Assembly: GCA_963705035.1 (NCBI GenBank)
Contig: CAVPIQ010000002.1
Location: 386,662 to 450,661, forward strand
DNA: 64,000 bases
Source: an uncultured Alphaproteobacteria bacterium
Lineage (GTDB): Bacteria > Pseudomonadota > Alphaproteobacteria > Acetobacterales > Acetobacteraceae
Direction of reading: 5' to 3'
The position numbers and the translations under genes were made by a program. The notes under the pieces were generated by a model. The model made no database searches and was not told the DNA's origin. It saw only the letters and a program-made list of their open reading frames with translations. Within the stretch, counting starts at the first letter, position 1; every line of letters begins with the position of its first letter. Of this stretch, positions 22,315 through 32,297 are shown piece after piece.

Positions 22315-23094
22315 ATGAGCGACGCAATCCGTCCGGTGCTCGCCGGCAAGAAGGCCCTCGTGGTCGGGATCGCCAACGAGCAATCCATCGCCTATGGCTG
22401 CGCGAAAGCATTCCAGATCGCGGGCGCCGAGCTTGCGGTCACCTGGCTGAACGAGAAGGCGCGGCCCTATGTCGAGCCGCTCGCGCAGGAGCTGTCGGCC
22501 GCGATCACCGCACCGCTCGACGTCGCCGCGCCTGGCGAGCTGGACGCCGTGTTCGACCTGATCGCGCAGCGGTGGGGAACGCTGGACATTCTCGTCCACT
22601 CGATCGCCTTCGCGCCGAAGGCGGACCTGCAGGGCGGCCTGCTCGACTGTTCGGCCGAGGGGTTCGCGAAGGCGATGGACATCTCCTGCCATTCCTTCGT
22701 GCGCATGGCGAAGCGCGCGGCACCGCTGATGCGTGACGGCGGCGCGATGTTCGCGATGAGCTATTACGGCGCCAACCGGGTGGTGCCCAACTACAACGTG
22801 ATGGGGCCGGTGAAGGCGGCGCTGGAGGCGTCGTGCCGCTACCTCGCCTACGAACTCGGGCCGCGCGGCATTCGCGTGCATGCGATCTCGCCCGGACCGC
22901 TGAAGACGCGCGCCGCGTCCGGGCTGAAGCAGTTCGAGCTGCTGCTGAACGAGGCGGCGCAGAAGGCGCCCGTCGGCGAGCTGATCGACATCATGGATGT
23001 CGGCTATACCTGCGCCTATCTCGCAACGCCGTTCGCGCGCCGCGTCACGGGCGGCACCGTCTACGTGGACGGCGGCGTGAACATCGTCGCATGA
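22315..23094 (+). CDS. fabI: enoyl-[acyl-carrier-protein] reductase (NADH), FabI-type
   Basis: Intact 259 aa: GKKALVVGIANEQSIAYGCAKAF...VHSIAFAPK...MSYYGANRVVPNYNVMGPVKAALEASCRYLA (Tyr-x6-Lys SDR motif). Confidence 0.9.
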   Translation: MSDAIRPVLAGKKALVVGIANEQSIAYGCAKAFQIAGAELAVTWLNEKARPYVEPLAQELSAAITAPLDVAAPGELDAVFDLIAQRWGTLDILVHSIAFAPKADLQGGLLDCSAEGFAKAMDISCHSFVRMAKRAAPLMRDGGAMFAMSYYGANRVVPNYNVMGPVKAALEASCRYLAYELGPRGIRVHAISPGPLKTRAASGLKQFELLLNEAAQKAPVGELIDIMDVGYTCAYLATPFARRVTGGTVYVDGGVNIVA

Positions 23095-24272
23095 CAAGCC
23101 AGGACGCCGGCCGCATCGCGGTGCTGAACGCAGGCTCGTCGAGCATCAAGTTCGCGCTGTACCAGGGCGCGGACGCGCTGCTGTTTCGCGGCCAGATCGA
23201 GCGGATCGGCACCGGGCCGCGGCTGACCGCGCACGACGCCGCGGGCAAGTCCGTGGCCGAGCGCACCTGGCCCGCGCTCGATCATCGCGCCGCCACGCGG
23301 GAGATCGTGCGCGTCGTCGCCGAACTTTCGGCCGGCGCGCCGGTGACGGCGGTCGGGCATCGCGTGGTGCATGGCGGCACGCACTATGCGGCGCCGGTGC
23401 GCGTCGATGCCGATGTGCTGGAAAAACTCGCGGCGCTGATACCGCTCGCGCCGCTGCACCAGCCGCACAACCTGGAGCCGATCCGCGCGATTGCCGAGCA
23501 CGCGCCGCACCTGCCGCAGGTCGCCTGCTTCGACACCGCCTTCCATCGCAGCCAGGCACCGGTCGCGCAGGAATTCGCGCTGCCGCGCAAGTTCAGCGAC
23601 GAGGGCGTGCGGCGCTACGGGTTTCACGGCCTCTCGTACGAATACATCGCGGCCCGCCTGCATGAGATTGCCCCGGAGCTCGCAGCGAAGCGGCTGATCG
23701 TCGCGCATCTCGGCAACGGCGCCAGCCTCTGCGCCGTGCATCGCGGCCGCAGCGTGGCGAGCACGATGGGCTTCACCGCGGTCGACGGGCTGGTGATGGG
23801 CACCCGCTGCGGCGCCATCGACCCCGGGGTGATCCTCTATCTCCTCGACCAGCATCACATGGATGCGCGCGCGATCGAGGACCTGATCTATCGCCGCTCC
23901 GGCCTGCTGGGCGTCTCCGGCATCGCTTCCGACATGCGCACGCTGCGCGCCTCGGCCGAGCCGGCGGCGGGCGAAGCGATCGCGCTCTTCGTCTACCGCA
24001 TCGTGCGCGAGATCGGCTCGCTCGCGGCGGCCCTGGGCGGGCTCGACGGGCTCGTGTTCACCGCCGGCATCGGCGAGAACGACGCGGCGACCCGGCAGGA
24101 GGTGGCGGCGGGCTGCGGCTGGCTCGGCGTCACGCTGGATGCGGCGCGCAACGCGGCGGGCGGCGGCCGGATCAGCACGGAGGCATCGCGCGTCGCCGTC
24201 TGGGTCGTGCCGACCGACGAGGAACGCATGATCGCGCGCCACACGGTCGCGACGCTGGCACGTGCGGCGTAG
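23091..24272 (+). CDS. ackA: acetate (or short-chain acyl) kinase
   Basis: Intact. ATG 23091 overlaps the fabI stop (ATGA). Sequence: IAVLNAGSSSIKFALY...GHRVVHGG...PLHQPHNL...FDTAFH...YGFHGLSYEY...AHLGNGASLCA...GFTAVDGLVMGTRCGAIDPG. Confidence 0.92.
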   Translation: MTSQDAGRIAVLNAGSSSIKFALYQGADALLFRGQIERIGTGPRLTAHDAAGKSVAERTWPALDHRAATREIVRVVAELSAGAPVTAVGHRVVHGGTHYAAPVRVDADVLEKLAALIPLAPLHQPHNLEPIRAIAEHAPHLPQVACFDTAFHRSQAPVAQEFALPRKFSDEGVRRYGFHGLSYEYIAARLHEIAPELAAKRLIVAHLGNGASLCAVHRGRSVASTMGFTAVDGLVMGTRCGAIDPGVILYLLDQHHMDARAIEDLIYRRSGLLGVSGIASDMRTLRASAEPAAGEAIALFVYRIVREIGSLAAALGGLDGLVFTAGIGENDAATRQEVAAGCGWLGVTLDAARNAAGGGRISTEASRVAVWVVPTDEERMIARHTVATLARAA

Positions 24273-24291
24273 GCACCGAACGCGCAGGCCC

Positions 24292-24558
24292 TCAGCCCGC
24301 CATCGCCGCCATCGTCACCCCGCCCTCGGTGCCGGTGACGAACAGCAGCCGCCCCGCCGCCGGGGTCGAGACCAGCACCATGTCGCCCAGCGCCAGCAGG
24401 TCCGCGGCCTCGTCGAAGAAGCCCGGCGCGCCCACCGCCTCCGGCCCCACCGGCTCGACCAGCCGACCGGCAAGCGTCGGGCGGTGGGCCCGGTAGTGCC
24501 AGAGCGTGAAGCCCTGGGCGTAGGCCAGGACGGAGAGGTTGCGGATCGCGAACGCCAT
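24292..24558 (-). CDS. small conserved hypothetical protein
   Basis: The RBS GAGGAG precedes ATG 24558. 88 aa: MAFAIRNLSVLAYAQGFTLWHYRAHRPTLAGRL. It lies downstream of the regulator-like gene on the same strand. Confidence 0.5.
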   Translation of the reverse strand: MAFAIRNLSVLAYAQGFTLWHYRAHRPTLAGRLVEPVGPEAVGAPGFFDEAADLLALGDMVLVSTPAAGRLLFVTGTEGGVTMAAMAG

Positions 24559-24691
24559 CGACGGCTCCTCGACAACGAAAAGCGGGGACAACGAAAAACG
24601 GGCCGCCCCGACTGAGCGGGGCGGCCACGAGAGTCCGGATCAGGGGAGCAAGGGAGGCGGTGGGCGCACGTCGCCCGCCGACATCCCGCCT

Positions 24692-25127
24692 CTACCGCCG
24701 CACCACGCGGCCGTCAACGATTATTTTCCTAGATACGTGAAGCTCGGCAACAATCCCCCGCACCCGCAGCGGCCAGTCGAGCAGGGCCATCGCCTCCTCC
24801 CACAGCCGCGCCTCGGTCCGCTCCGCCGCCACCCGCGCATCGGGGGCGATCCCCCGCTCGCCCCAGCGCGCGCAGCACCCTCGCGTGCTCCAGCATGATC
24901 CGCTTGCGGCGGTACAGCGCGTCGAGGCACAGAATTACGTCGTCAGGCTCACAGGGCCGCGGAGTGCCCGGTGCCCGGCCGGCTGCTGCCGTCATGGCGC
25001 GCGATCAGCGCGGCCATCGTCCACAGCCAGGCCTGCTCGGCGCTGCGGAACGGCTCCGGCGCCACGCCGCGCGGGCGGCTTGCGGTCCAGGAAGGGGTGC
25101 GGCGGGAACGACCGGATCGGCAGCATG
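24692..25127 (-). pseudogene. hypothetical regulator-like protein, about three frame changes
   Basis: Reconstructed across three frames as MLPIRSFPPHPFLDRKPPA / GVAPEPFRSAEQAWLWTMAALIARHDG / PCEPDDVILCLDALYRRKRIMLEHARVLR / WGERGIAPDARVAAERTEARLWEEAMALLDWPLRVRGIVAEL. The function is unknown. Confidence 0.45.
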
Positions 25128-25143
25128 TGGCACCTCGCGACGT

Positions 25144-25158
25144 GAACGTAACAGGAAC
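25144..25158. promoter_or_regulatory. alphaproteobacterial LexA-type SOS box (GAAC-N7-GAAC)
   Basis: GAACGTAACAGGAAC lies in the divergent intergenic region. It is 17 nt upstream of the minus-strand ATG 25127 and 123 nt upstream of the S24 repressor gene. Confidence 0.5.
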
Positions 25159-25280
25159 ACCGTCGCACGGCCCGCCCTTTCCGGGCAAGTCGTTCCAGCA
25201 AAATTTCCTATTCCCCTAGCATCGATTCCTCGGCACACTGCAACCGGGCGCCGAGTCGCACCCGAGGGGACAGCGCGGCC

Positions 25281-25926
25281 ATGAAGCACGAGGACATCTG
25301 GCGCGCCATCGACACGCTCGCCGCCGAGCGCGGGCCTCTCCGCCTCCGGCCTCGCCCGCCGCGCCGGGCTCGATCCCACCACCTTCAACCCCTCCAAGCG
25401 CCACATGCCGGACGGGCGGGCGCGCTGGCCCTCGACCGAGAGTCTGGCGAAAGTCCTCGCCGCCACCGGCGCCGATCTCAGCGAGTTCACCGCCCTCGTT
25501 CTCGGCGCCCGCGCGCTGCCCGCCGCCGCCCGGCCGGCGTCGCGGCGCGTGCCGCTGATCGGCTTCGCGCAGGCCGGGGCGGACGGGTTCTTCGACGACG
25601 GCGGCTACCCGTCGGCGCCGGCTGGGACGAGGTGAGCCTGCCCGAGATCGCCGACCCCAACGCCTATGCGCTGGAGATTTCCGGCGATTCGATGGAGCCG
25701 GTGTTCCGCGACGGCGACCTCGTCGATCGTCTCGCCCAACGCGCCGGTGCGCCGCGGCGACCGCGTGGTGGTGCGCACGCGCGGCGGCGAGGTGATGGCC
25801 AAGGAACTGCAGCGCCGCTCGGCGCGCCGGGTGGAGCTGCGCAGCCTCAATCCCGCCCATCCCAGCTACGTGTTCGAGCTGGCCGAGGTCGCGTGGCTGC
25901 ACCGCATCGTCTGGGCAAGCCAATGA
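25281..25926 (+). pseudogene. HTH + S24 peptidase (LexA/CI-like) repressor, three frame changes
   Basis: The fragments are MKHEDIWRAIDTLAAERG, then LSASGLARRAGLDPTTFNPSKRHMPDGRARWPSTESLAKVLAATGADLSEF, then GWDEVSLPEIADPNAYALEISGDSMEPVFRDGDLV, then IVSPNAPVRRGDRVVVRTRGGEVMAKEL...LHRIVWASQ*. The frame alternates 0/1/0/1. Confidence 0.75.
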
Positions 25927-25927
25927 G

Positions 25928-26628
25928 ATGGGCCAGCCAATGATGCTCGCCGAACGTCGCGCTGCGCCTGGCGGTCGGGCTGCTGGCGGGCGCCGCGATC
26001 GGGCTGGAGCGCGAGTGGCGGCAGAAGAGGCCGGCGTGCGGACCAACTGCCTGGTCGCCCTCGGCGCCGCCGGGTTCGCGAGCTTCGCCGGCCTCGTCGC
26101 CGATCCGAACGACACCCGCATCGCCGCCCAGGTCGTCACCGGCGTGGGCTTCCTCGGCGGCGGCGTGATCCTGCGCGAAGGGATTTCGGTGCATGGGCTG
26201 AACACGGCGGCGACGCTGTGGTGTTCCGCGATGGTCGGCACGCTCGCCGGCGGCGGCGCCATCTCGCCTGCGTGCTGGCGACCGCGCGGTGGTCGGCGCC
26301 AACATCCTGCTGCGTCCGCTTGATGCACCGGCTCGATGCGCATCTGGCGCGGCTCGGGCGAGCGCAGGCCCGCTACAGCGCCAGTCTCTCCGCCGCGCCG
26401 GAGGCGGAGGATCGGCTGCGCGGCGCGCTGGTCGCCGCCCTCGATGACGCGGGCGTGTTCGTCAGCGGCGTGGCAAGCACGCCGGTGGGTGCCGATATTC
26501 AACTCACCGCGCATGCCGAAGGGCAAAGTCGTGCGGTGGCGGTCGAGGCGGCGATGGCGCGGCTCGCGCGCGAGCCGGGGGTGCGCGCCAGCAGTTGGTC
26601 CGAGCAGCGGCAGGTTCCGGATACCTGA
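25928..26628 (+). pseudogene. MgtC/SapB family membrane protein, two or three frame changes
   Basis: The fragments are VALRLAVGLLAGAAIGLEREWRQK, then GVRTNCLVALGAAGFASFAGLVADPNDTRIAAQVVTGVGFLGGGVILREGISVHGLNTAATLWCSAMVGTLAGGG, then the C-terminal ACT-like domain in ORF 26218..26628. Confidence 0.75.
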
Positions 26629-26722
26629 CTGCCGTTCCTGCTGCGCGATGGCGTGCTTTCCTTAACGCGTCGCACGCGCTGTGCTATGCTTTCGCCGCCG
26701 TGGCCCTCGCGAAGGACCCCGC

Positions 26723-28489
26723 ATGACTGAAACAACTCTGCCCGACCCGACGACATCCCAGCGCAGGCTCGCCGCCATCCTGACGGCGGACGTGGCGGGC
26801 TGGTCGCTGCTCATGGGACAGGACGAGGAAGGCACGCTGGCACGGCTGAAGCTGCTGCGCCGCGACCTCATCGACGTGGAGATCGCGCGCTATCACGGCC
26901 GCATCGTCAAGACCGTCGGCGACGGGGTGCTGGTCGAGTTCCCGAGCGTCGTCGATGCCCTGCGCAGCGCGCTCGCGGTGCAGAGCGGCATGGCCGAGCG
27001 CAACCGCAACGAGCCGGAATGCACGCGCATCAGCTTCCGCGTCGGCATCAACCTCGGCGATGTCGTCGTCGACAACGGCGACATCTTCGGCGACGGCGTG
27101 AACATTGCGGCCCGGCTGCAGACGCTGGCCGAGCCGGGCGGCATCTGCGTGTCGCAGAGCGTGGTCAACCATGCCCGCGGCAAGGTCGCGTTCGTCGCCA
27201 CCGACGCGGGCGAGCAGATGCTGAAGAACATCGCCCAGCCGGTGCATGTCTGGCGGATCACCCCGCCCGCCGACCCCGCCCGCGCCGCCGAGCCCGCCGC
27301 CCCGGAAGGCGCGATCAAGCCCGCGATCGCGGTGCTGCCGTTCGTCAACATGAGCGGCGATCCCGAGCAGGAGTTTTTCGCCGACGGACTGACCGAAGAC
27401 ATCCTCACCGAGCTCTCGCGCTTCCGCGAGCTGCTGGTGATCTCCCGCAATTCCGTCTTCGTCTACAAGCGCAAGCCGGTGAACGTGCAGGCGGTGGCGC
27501 GGGAGCTCAGCGTGCACTACGTCGTTGAGGGCAGCGTGCGCCGGGCCGGCAATCGCGTGCGCGTCACCGTCCAGCTCATCGAGGCGGCGGGCGACCGCCA
27601 TCTCTGGGCCGAGCGCTACGACCGCGAGCTCAAGGACATCTTCGACATCCAGGATGAGATCACCCGCGCGATCGTCGCCGTGCTCCCCGGCCGGATCGAG
27701 GCGGCGGCGCGCGAGCGGGTCAAGCGCAAGACGACCGACAACATGGCGGCCTACGAGCTGGTGCTGGCCGGAAAACTGCTGCACCACCGCTCCAGCCGCG
27801 CCGACAATACCGAGGCGCTGCGGCTGCTCGACCGCGCGATCGCGCTCGATCCGGGCTATGCGCACGCGCGCGCCTGGAAGGCCTGCACGCTCGGCCAGGC
27901 CTGGGTCTATTCGTGGTGCGCGGACCGCGACGCGACCGGCGCGGCGCTGACCCAGGAGCTGCACACCGCGCAGGCGCTCGACGACAACGACAGCGACGTG
28001 CACCGCATCCTCGCCGCCAAGACGCTCGCGATCGACCATGACCACGACCGCGCCCTCTATCATCAGAGCCGCGCGCTGGCGCTCAATCCGAACGACGACC
28101 TGATCGTCGTGCAGCAGGGCGAGATTCTCACCTGGCTCGGCAGCGCCGAGGAGGGGATCGAGTGGATCCTGCGGGCGATGCGGCTCAATCCGTATCATCC
28201 CGAGCGATTCTGGGGCCATCTCGGCCGCGCGCGGTTCGTGGCCCGGCAGTATGCGGCGGCGGTGGAGGCGTTCGGGCGCGTCACGCGGCCCGATTTCACC
28301 CAGCTCGCCTTCCTCGCCCCTGCGCACGCGGCGCTCGATGAGCCCGCCGCCGCGGCGGCGCGGGCGCACGAGGTGCGGCGCCTGGTACCGGACTTCGCCG
28401 CCGATGCGTTTCTCGAAACCCAGCATTACCGCCATGCCGAGGACCGCGACCACCACCGCGCGCTGCTGATCCGCGCCGGCCTCGGGTGA
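26723..28489 (+). CDS. class III adenylate/guanylate cyclase with TolB-like and TPR C-terminal region
   Basis: Intact. RRLAAILTADVAGWSLLMGQDEEGTLARLKLLRRDLIDVEIARYHGRIVKTVGDGVLVEFPSVVDAL...GINLGDVVVDNGDIFGDGVNIAARL is followed by IAVLPFVNMSGDPEQEFFADGLTEDILTELSR and TPR-like repeats. Confidence 0.88.
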   Translation: MTETTLPDPTTSQRRLAAILTADVAGWSLLMGQDEEGTLARLKLLRRDLIDVEIARYHGRIVKTVGDGVLVEFPSVVDALRSALAVQSGMAERNRNEPECTRISFRVGINLGDVVVDNGDIFGDGVNIAARLQTLAEPGGICVSQSVVNHARGKVAFVATDAGEQMLKNIAQPVHVWRITPPADPARAAEPAAPEGAIKPAIAVLPFVNMSGDPEQEFFADGLTEDILTELSRFRELLVISRNSVFVYKRKPVNVQAVARELSVHYVVEGSVRRAGNRVRVTVQLIEAAGDRHLWAERYDRELKDIFDIQDEITRAIVAVLPGRIEAAARERVKRKTTDNMAAYELVLAGKLLHHRSSRADNTEALRLLDRAIALDPGYAHARAWKACTLGQAWVYSWCADRDATGAALTQELHTAQALDDNDSDVHRILAAKTLAIDHDHDRALYHQSRALALNPNDDLIVVQQGEILTWLGSAEEGIEWILRAMRLNPYHPERFWGHLGRARFVARQYAAAVEAFGRVTRPDFTQLAFLAPAHAALDEPAAAAARAHEVRRLVPDFAADAFLETQHYRHAEDRDHHRALLIRAGLG

Positions 28490-28546
28490 AGCAGTCGGGA
28501 CTTTTTCCCGCTGGCGCCCCCAGCGATTTCTTGCGAATATCGCGGG

Positions 28547-29286
28547 ATGCGAACGGCAATAGCCCTGTTGGGCGCGTGCCTGCTGGCTGGCCCTGCGATG
28601 GCCGCCGATGCACCGGAAACGCCGCCGGTCGATGTCGCTCTCGTGCTGGTGGACGACGTGTCCCGCAGTATCGACGACGCGGAATTCCGCCTCCAGAAGC
28701 AAGGCTATCTCTACGCCTTCACCAACCCGGCGGTGATCGCGGCGATCCATGGCGGGCAGAACGGCGCGATCGCCGTCGCCTATGTGGAGTTCGCCTCGGT
28801 CGGCGAGGTGCGCACCGTGATCGACTGGACGGTGATCCGCGATGCGGCGAGCGCAAGGCGTTCGCCGACCGCCTGATCGCCGAGCCGCGCATCTTCTGGG
28901 GCCGCACCGCGATCGGCGAAGGGATCACGGCGGCATCCACGCGCTGGCCAGCTCCGGCTACAAGGCAACGCGGCAGGTGATCGACGTCTGCGGCGACGGC
29001 ACCAACAACGCCGGCCGCGACGTGGACGCGGCCCGCGACGAGGCGGTGGCGGCGGGATCACCATCAACGGGCTCGCGATCATCAACGAGCACCCGGTCGC
29101 GTGGGCCTATGCCCATGTCCAGCCGCCCGGCGGGCTGGCCAAATACTACCGCGAGAACGTCATCGGCGGCCCCGGCAGTTTCGTCGCCGAAGTCCACGAT
29201 TTCCACGTTTCGGCAACGCCATCACGCGCAAGCTGGTCGACGAGATCGCGCGCGCCGGCGGCCACAGCGGCCCGCCGCGCGGCTGA
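28547..29286 (+). pseudogene. DUF1194 (vWA-like) secreted protein, about four frame changes
   Basis: MRTAIALLGACLLAGPAMAADAPETPPVDVALVLVDDVSRSIDDAEFRLQKQGY...AVAYVEFAS comes first. In other frames follow TAIGEGI, ATRQVIDVCGDGTNNAGRDV, ITINGLAIINEHPVAWAYAHVQPPGGLAKYYRENVIGGPGSFV and FGNAITRKLVDEIA. Confidence 0.7.
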
Positions 29287-29417
29287 GCCCGCGCCGCCTC
29301 AGCAAAGCCTTCATGCCTGCCGCCTAGAGCCAGCGGGATTCCCCCCCTGGCAGGAAGCCTCGCGTGGACCCGTCCGTCTCCGGCCGCCGCCCCTGCCGCG
29401 CTCGCTGACGCGGCGCC

Positions 29418-31799
29418 GTGGCCGACCGCTATCTCTGGGTCGGCGGCAGCACGCTCGCGCGCCGGCCGACTGGATCGACCTCACCACCGGCCAGACCCCC
29501 GCGGGCCCGCCGAAATTCGTCAATACCGCGACCATCGATCCGGTCGGCGGCTTCGGCGGGATCACGGCCACCGACACCCTCGTGGTCGGCGTGCTCACGC
29601 TGGGCGCGGACTGTTCCTCAACGGCTGGATCCTCACCAGCGCGATCCAGCTTGCCGGCGGCACGATCGACCTGCCCGCCACCGGCACGCTCAGCGTCGGC
29701 ACCGTGCCCTGGCTGCCGGGCACGGCCTATATCGGCAGCAACGGGCAGATCGTCGGCAATGGCCGCATCGACGCGCCGCTGAGCGTCGCCGGCACGCTCG
29801 ACCGCGAGCGGCGGTGCGCTCGGCGTGTTCGGGCCGATCAGCGGCACCGGGACGCTGGCGATCGGCGCCGGCGCGGTGCTGTTCGCGGCTGGCGCCGTCG
29901 CCAGCGGCCTCACCGCCGCCTTCCAGGGGGCCGCCGGCACGCTCGAGCTGTTCACCGCCGCGACCCCGTTCGGCGCCACGATCCGCGGCTTTGCCGCGGG
30001 CGACGTGATCGACATCACCGCGAGCAGTTTTTCCACCGCGAACTACAGCGCCGGCACACTGACGCTGGGCGGCAGATGGCGGCACGCTCGACCTCGCCTT
30101 CGCCGGCACCTATTCGGCCGGCGGCTTCATTCTGGTCCGCGACGCCTTCGGGGGCACGGCGGTCGTGCTCGCCGGCACGACGAGCCTGCCGACTCTCAGC
30201 AACGCTCTGGCGCTCGGCGGGTCGTCCCGACGCTCTACCAGGGCAGCGGCACCGCCAGCACCGTCACCGCCAGCGGCACCGTCGCACTCGCCGGCAGCCT
30301 CTCGGCCGGGCGGGTCACGCAGTCGGGCCAGCTCAGCGTCGCCGCCGGCGGCACGCTCTCGGCCGGCACGATCAGCCTCGCGGGTGAGCTGTCGGCCCTC
30401 GGCGGCGGGGTCGTCGCGGCCAGTGCGGTGAGCCTCGCCGGCGGCACGCTGGCGCCGGACGGGCTCTCGGGGGTCGCGATCGGCACCGGCACCGCCGGCA
30501 GCGGCGGGCTCATCGCGCTCGGCGCGCGGCGGCACGCTGAGCGGCGCGGGACGGATCGCCGCCACCCTCGCCGGCGCGGGCGGCACGGTGCGGGCCGCCG
30601 GCGGGCTGCTGGCGCTGTTCGGGGCGGCGAACGGGTGGGGCACGCTTGCCATCACCGCGGGGGCGACGCTGTTCCTCGGCGGCGCCGTCGCCGCCGGCTA
30701 CACCGCCGATTTCCTCGGCACCGGCGCGACGCTCGACCTGTTCGCGCCGAGCAGCGGGTTCGCCGGCACGCTCGAGAATTTCACCTGGGGCGACGCGCTC
30801 GATATCGGCTTCGCGAGCGTCGATGCCGCCACCTGGGCCGCAGGCACGCTCACGCTGAAGGCGGCGGGTGCCGCGGTGGAGACGATCGCGATCGCCGGCC
30901 GCTATGCCGGGCAGACCTTCGGCGTGCGGCCCGACGGCGCGGGCGGGGCGCTGGTCATGCTCGCCTGCTTCGCGGCCGGCACCCGCATCGCGACCCCCGC
31001 CGGGGCGCGGGCGGTGGAGACACTGCGCCCGGGCGATGCCGTGCTGACCCCGCGCGGGCCGCGCCGGTTGCGCTGGGCGGGACGGCGGCGGGGCGATGCG
31101 CGGGACGCGTCGGAACTGCGCCCCGTCCGCATCGCCGCGGATGCCCTCGGGCCGGGGCAGCCGAGCCGCGACCTCCTGCTCTCCGCCTCGCACGCGGTGT
31201 TACTGGCGGGGCGGCTGGTGCCCGCGATCGCACTGCTGCACGGCGCCGCGGTGCGGCGCGAAGCCGCCGGGTGGCGTGGACTACTGCCATCTCGCGCTCG
31301 ACACCCACGACATCGTTTTCGCCGAGGACGTCGCGGTGGAGACGTTCATGCCCGGCCCGGCGGCGCCGGGCTTCGACGCCGAGTGGGGAACGCGCCCCCG
31401 CCCCGGCCCGCTCCACGCGCCCGCGGCTGGAAGGCGGGGCGCGAACTGGAGGCGCTGCGCGCCACCCTGTTCGGCCCCGGTGCCGGCGTGCGACCCAGCC
31501 GGGCGCGCTGCTCGGCCATGTAGAACGCATCGTGCGCGCGGGCGACGCGATCCGGCTGGAGGGCTGGGCGCATGACCCGACGACGCCCGCCGTGCCCGTG
31601 CTGCTTGACGGCGCTGCGCGCGGATGTGCCGTGCGGACGCATCGTCGCCAATCGCTGGCGCCCCGACCTCGACCGCGCGGGGCTCGGCGACGGGCGCTGC
31701 GCGTTCGAGGCGACGCTCGCCGGGACGGATGCCCGTCTCGTCCTGCGCCGCTGCACGGATGGGGCGGTGCTGCCGGTGGCGCCGGACGCGGGGCAGTAG
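29418..31799 (+). pseudogene. Hint (bacterial intein-like) domain exoprotein, paralogue 1, at least eight frame changes
   Basis: Fragments in shifting frames include RYLWVGGS, DWIDLTTGQTPAGPPKFVNTATIDP, GTLAIGAGAVLFAAGAVASGLTAAFQGAAGTLELFTAATPFGATIRGFAAGDVIDIT and WGTLAITAGATLFLGG...GTLENFTWGDALDIGFASV. The Hint core is CFAAGTRIATPAGARAVETLRPGDAVLTPRG...HAVLLAG, then VDYCHLALDTHDIVFAEDVAVETFMPG. The tail is GHVERIVRAGDAIRLEGWAHDP...ANRWRPDLDRAGLGDGRCAFE, ending at TAG 31799. Confidence 0.65.
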
Positions 31800-32297
31800 C
31801 CGTTTGCGTCGTGGTCGCGAACGGTCGCGCGACGCGGAAAGGGACGCATTCGGGCCATGTATGAAATGTTACAAAACGCCCGCTTGCGGGGCGCTTCTCG
31901 GAACGCCTAAGGTTCATTCCACAAGCGACTGAAAATGACCCATGGCTGGGGGGCCGTGGCGAGTGGTGCGGTGTGTCCCGGATCGCGCCATCCGGCGCAG
32001 TCGGTCGCTTCTCCGACCCGCGACATGCGCGCGACCGCCCGCCGCGCCGTTCCCTGCCCGGCTTAGCAGCGCGAACGGCAACGGAAGGCGGCGCCAACCA
32101 TGGGCACCACGGTCAGCAGCGGTCGGGTCGTGCCGATCGGCGGACCAGAATCAATGTCAGCGTAACGAACGGCGGCAGCGCGCTCGTAATTTCCGGCGGC
32201 TAGATCGTTGTCGGCGTCGTCTTAACGGCGGCGTCGTCAGCGTCAACTCCGGCGGCATCGTCGAGGCGCTGCAGTCTGGGACAGGTGGTCAGACGGC

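Noticed and set aside
26684-28750. 688-aa minus-strand ORF antisense to the adenylate cyclase gene. Similar antisense or off-frame giants occur at 48529..50916 (-), 56659..58806 (+), 1341..2843 (+), 2862..4925 (+), 19791..21506 (-), 21787..23097 (-) and 23061..24242 (-).
   Set aside because: Each overlaps a strongly recognisable gene on the opposite strand or in another frame. Each has the R/A/G/P-dominated composition of non-coding frames in GC-rich DNA.
31877-31893. Hairpin CGCCCGC-TTGC-GGGGCG flanked by an A-run, as a rho-independent terminator between the two Hint genes
   Set aside because: The stem has only 4-6 bp with a mismatch or bulge. The U-tract would be on the minus strand, where no gene ends. 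The evidence is too weak.
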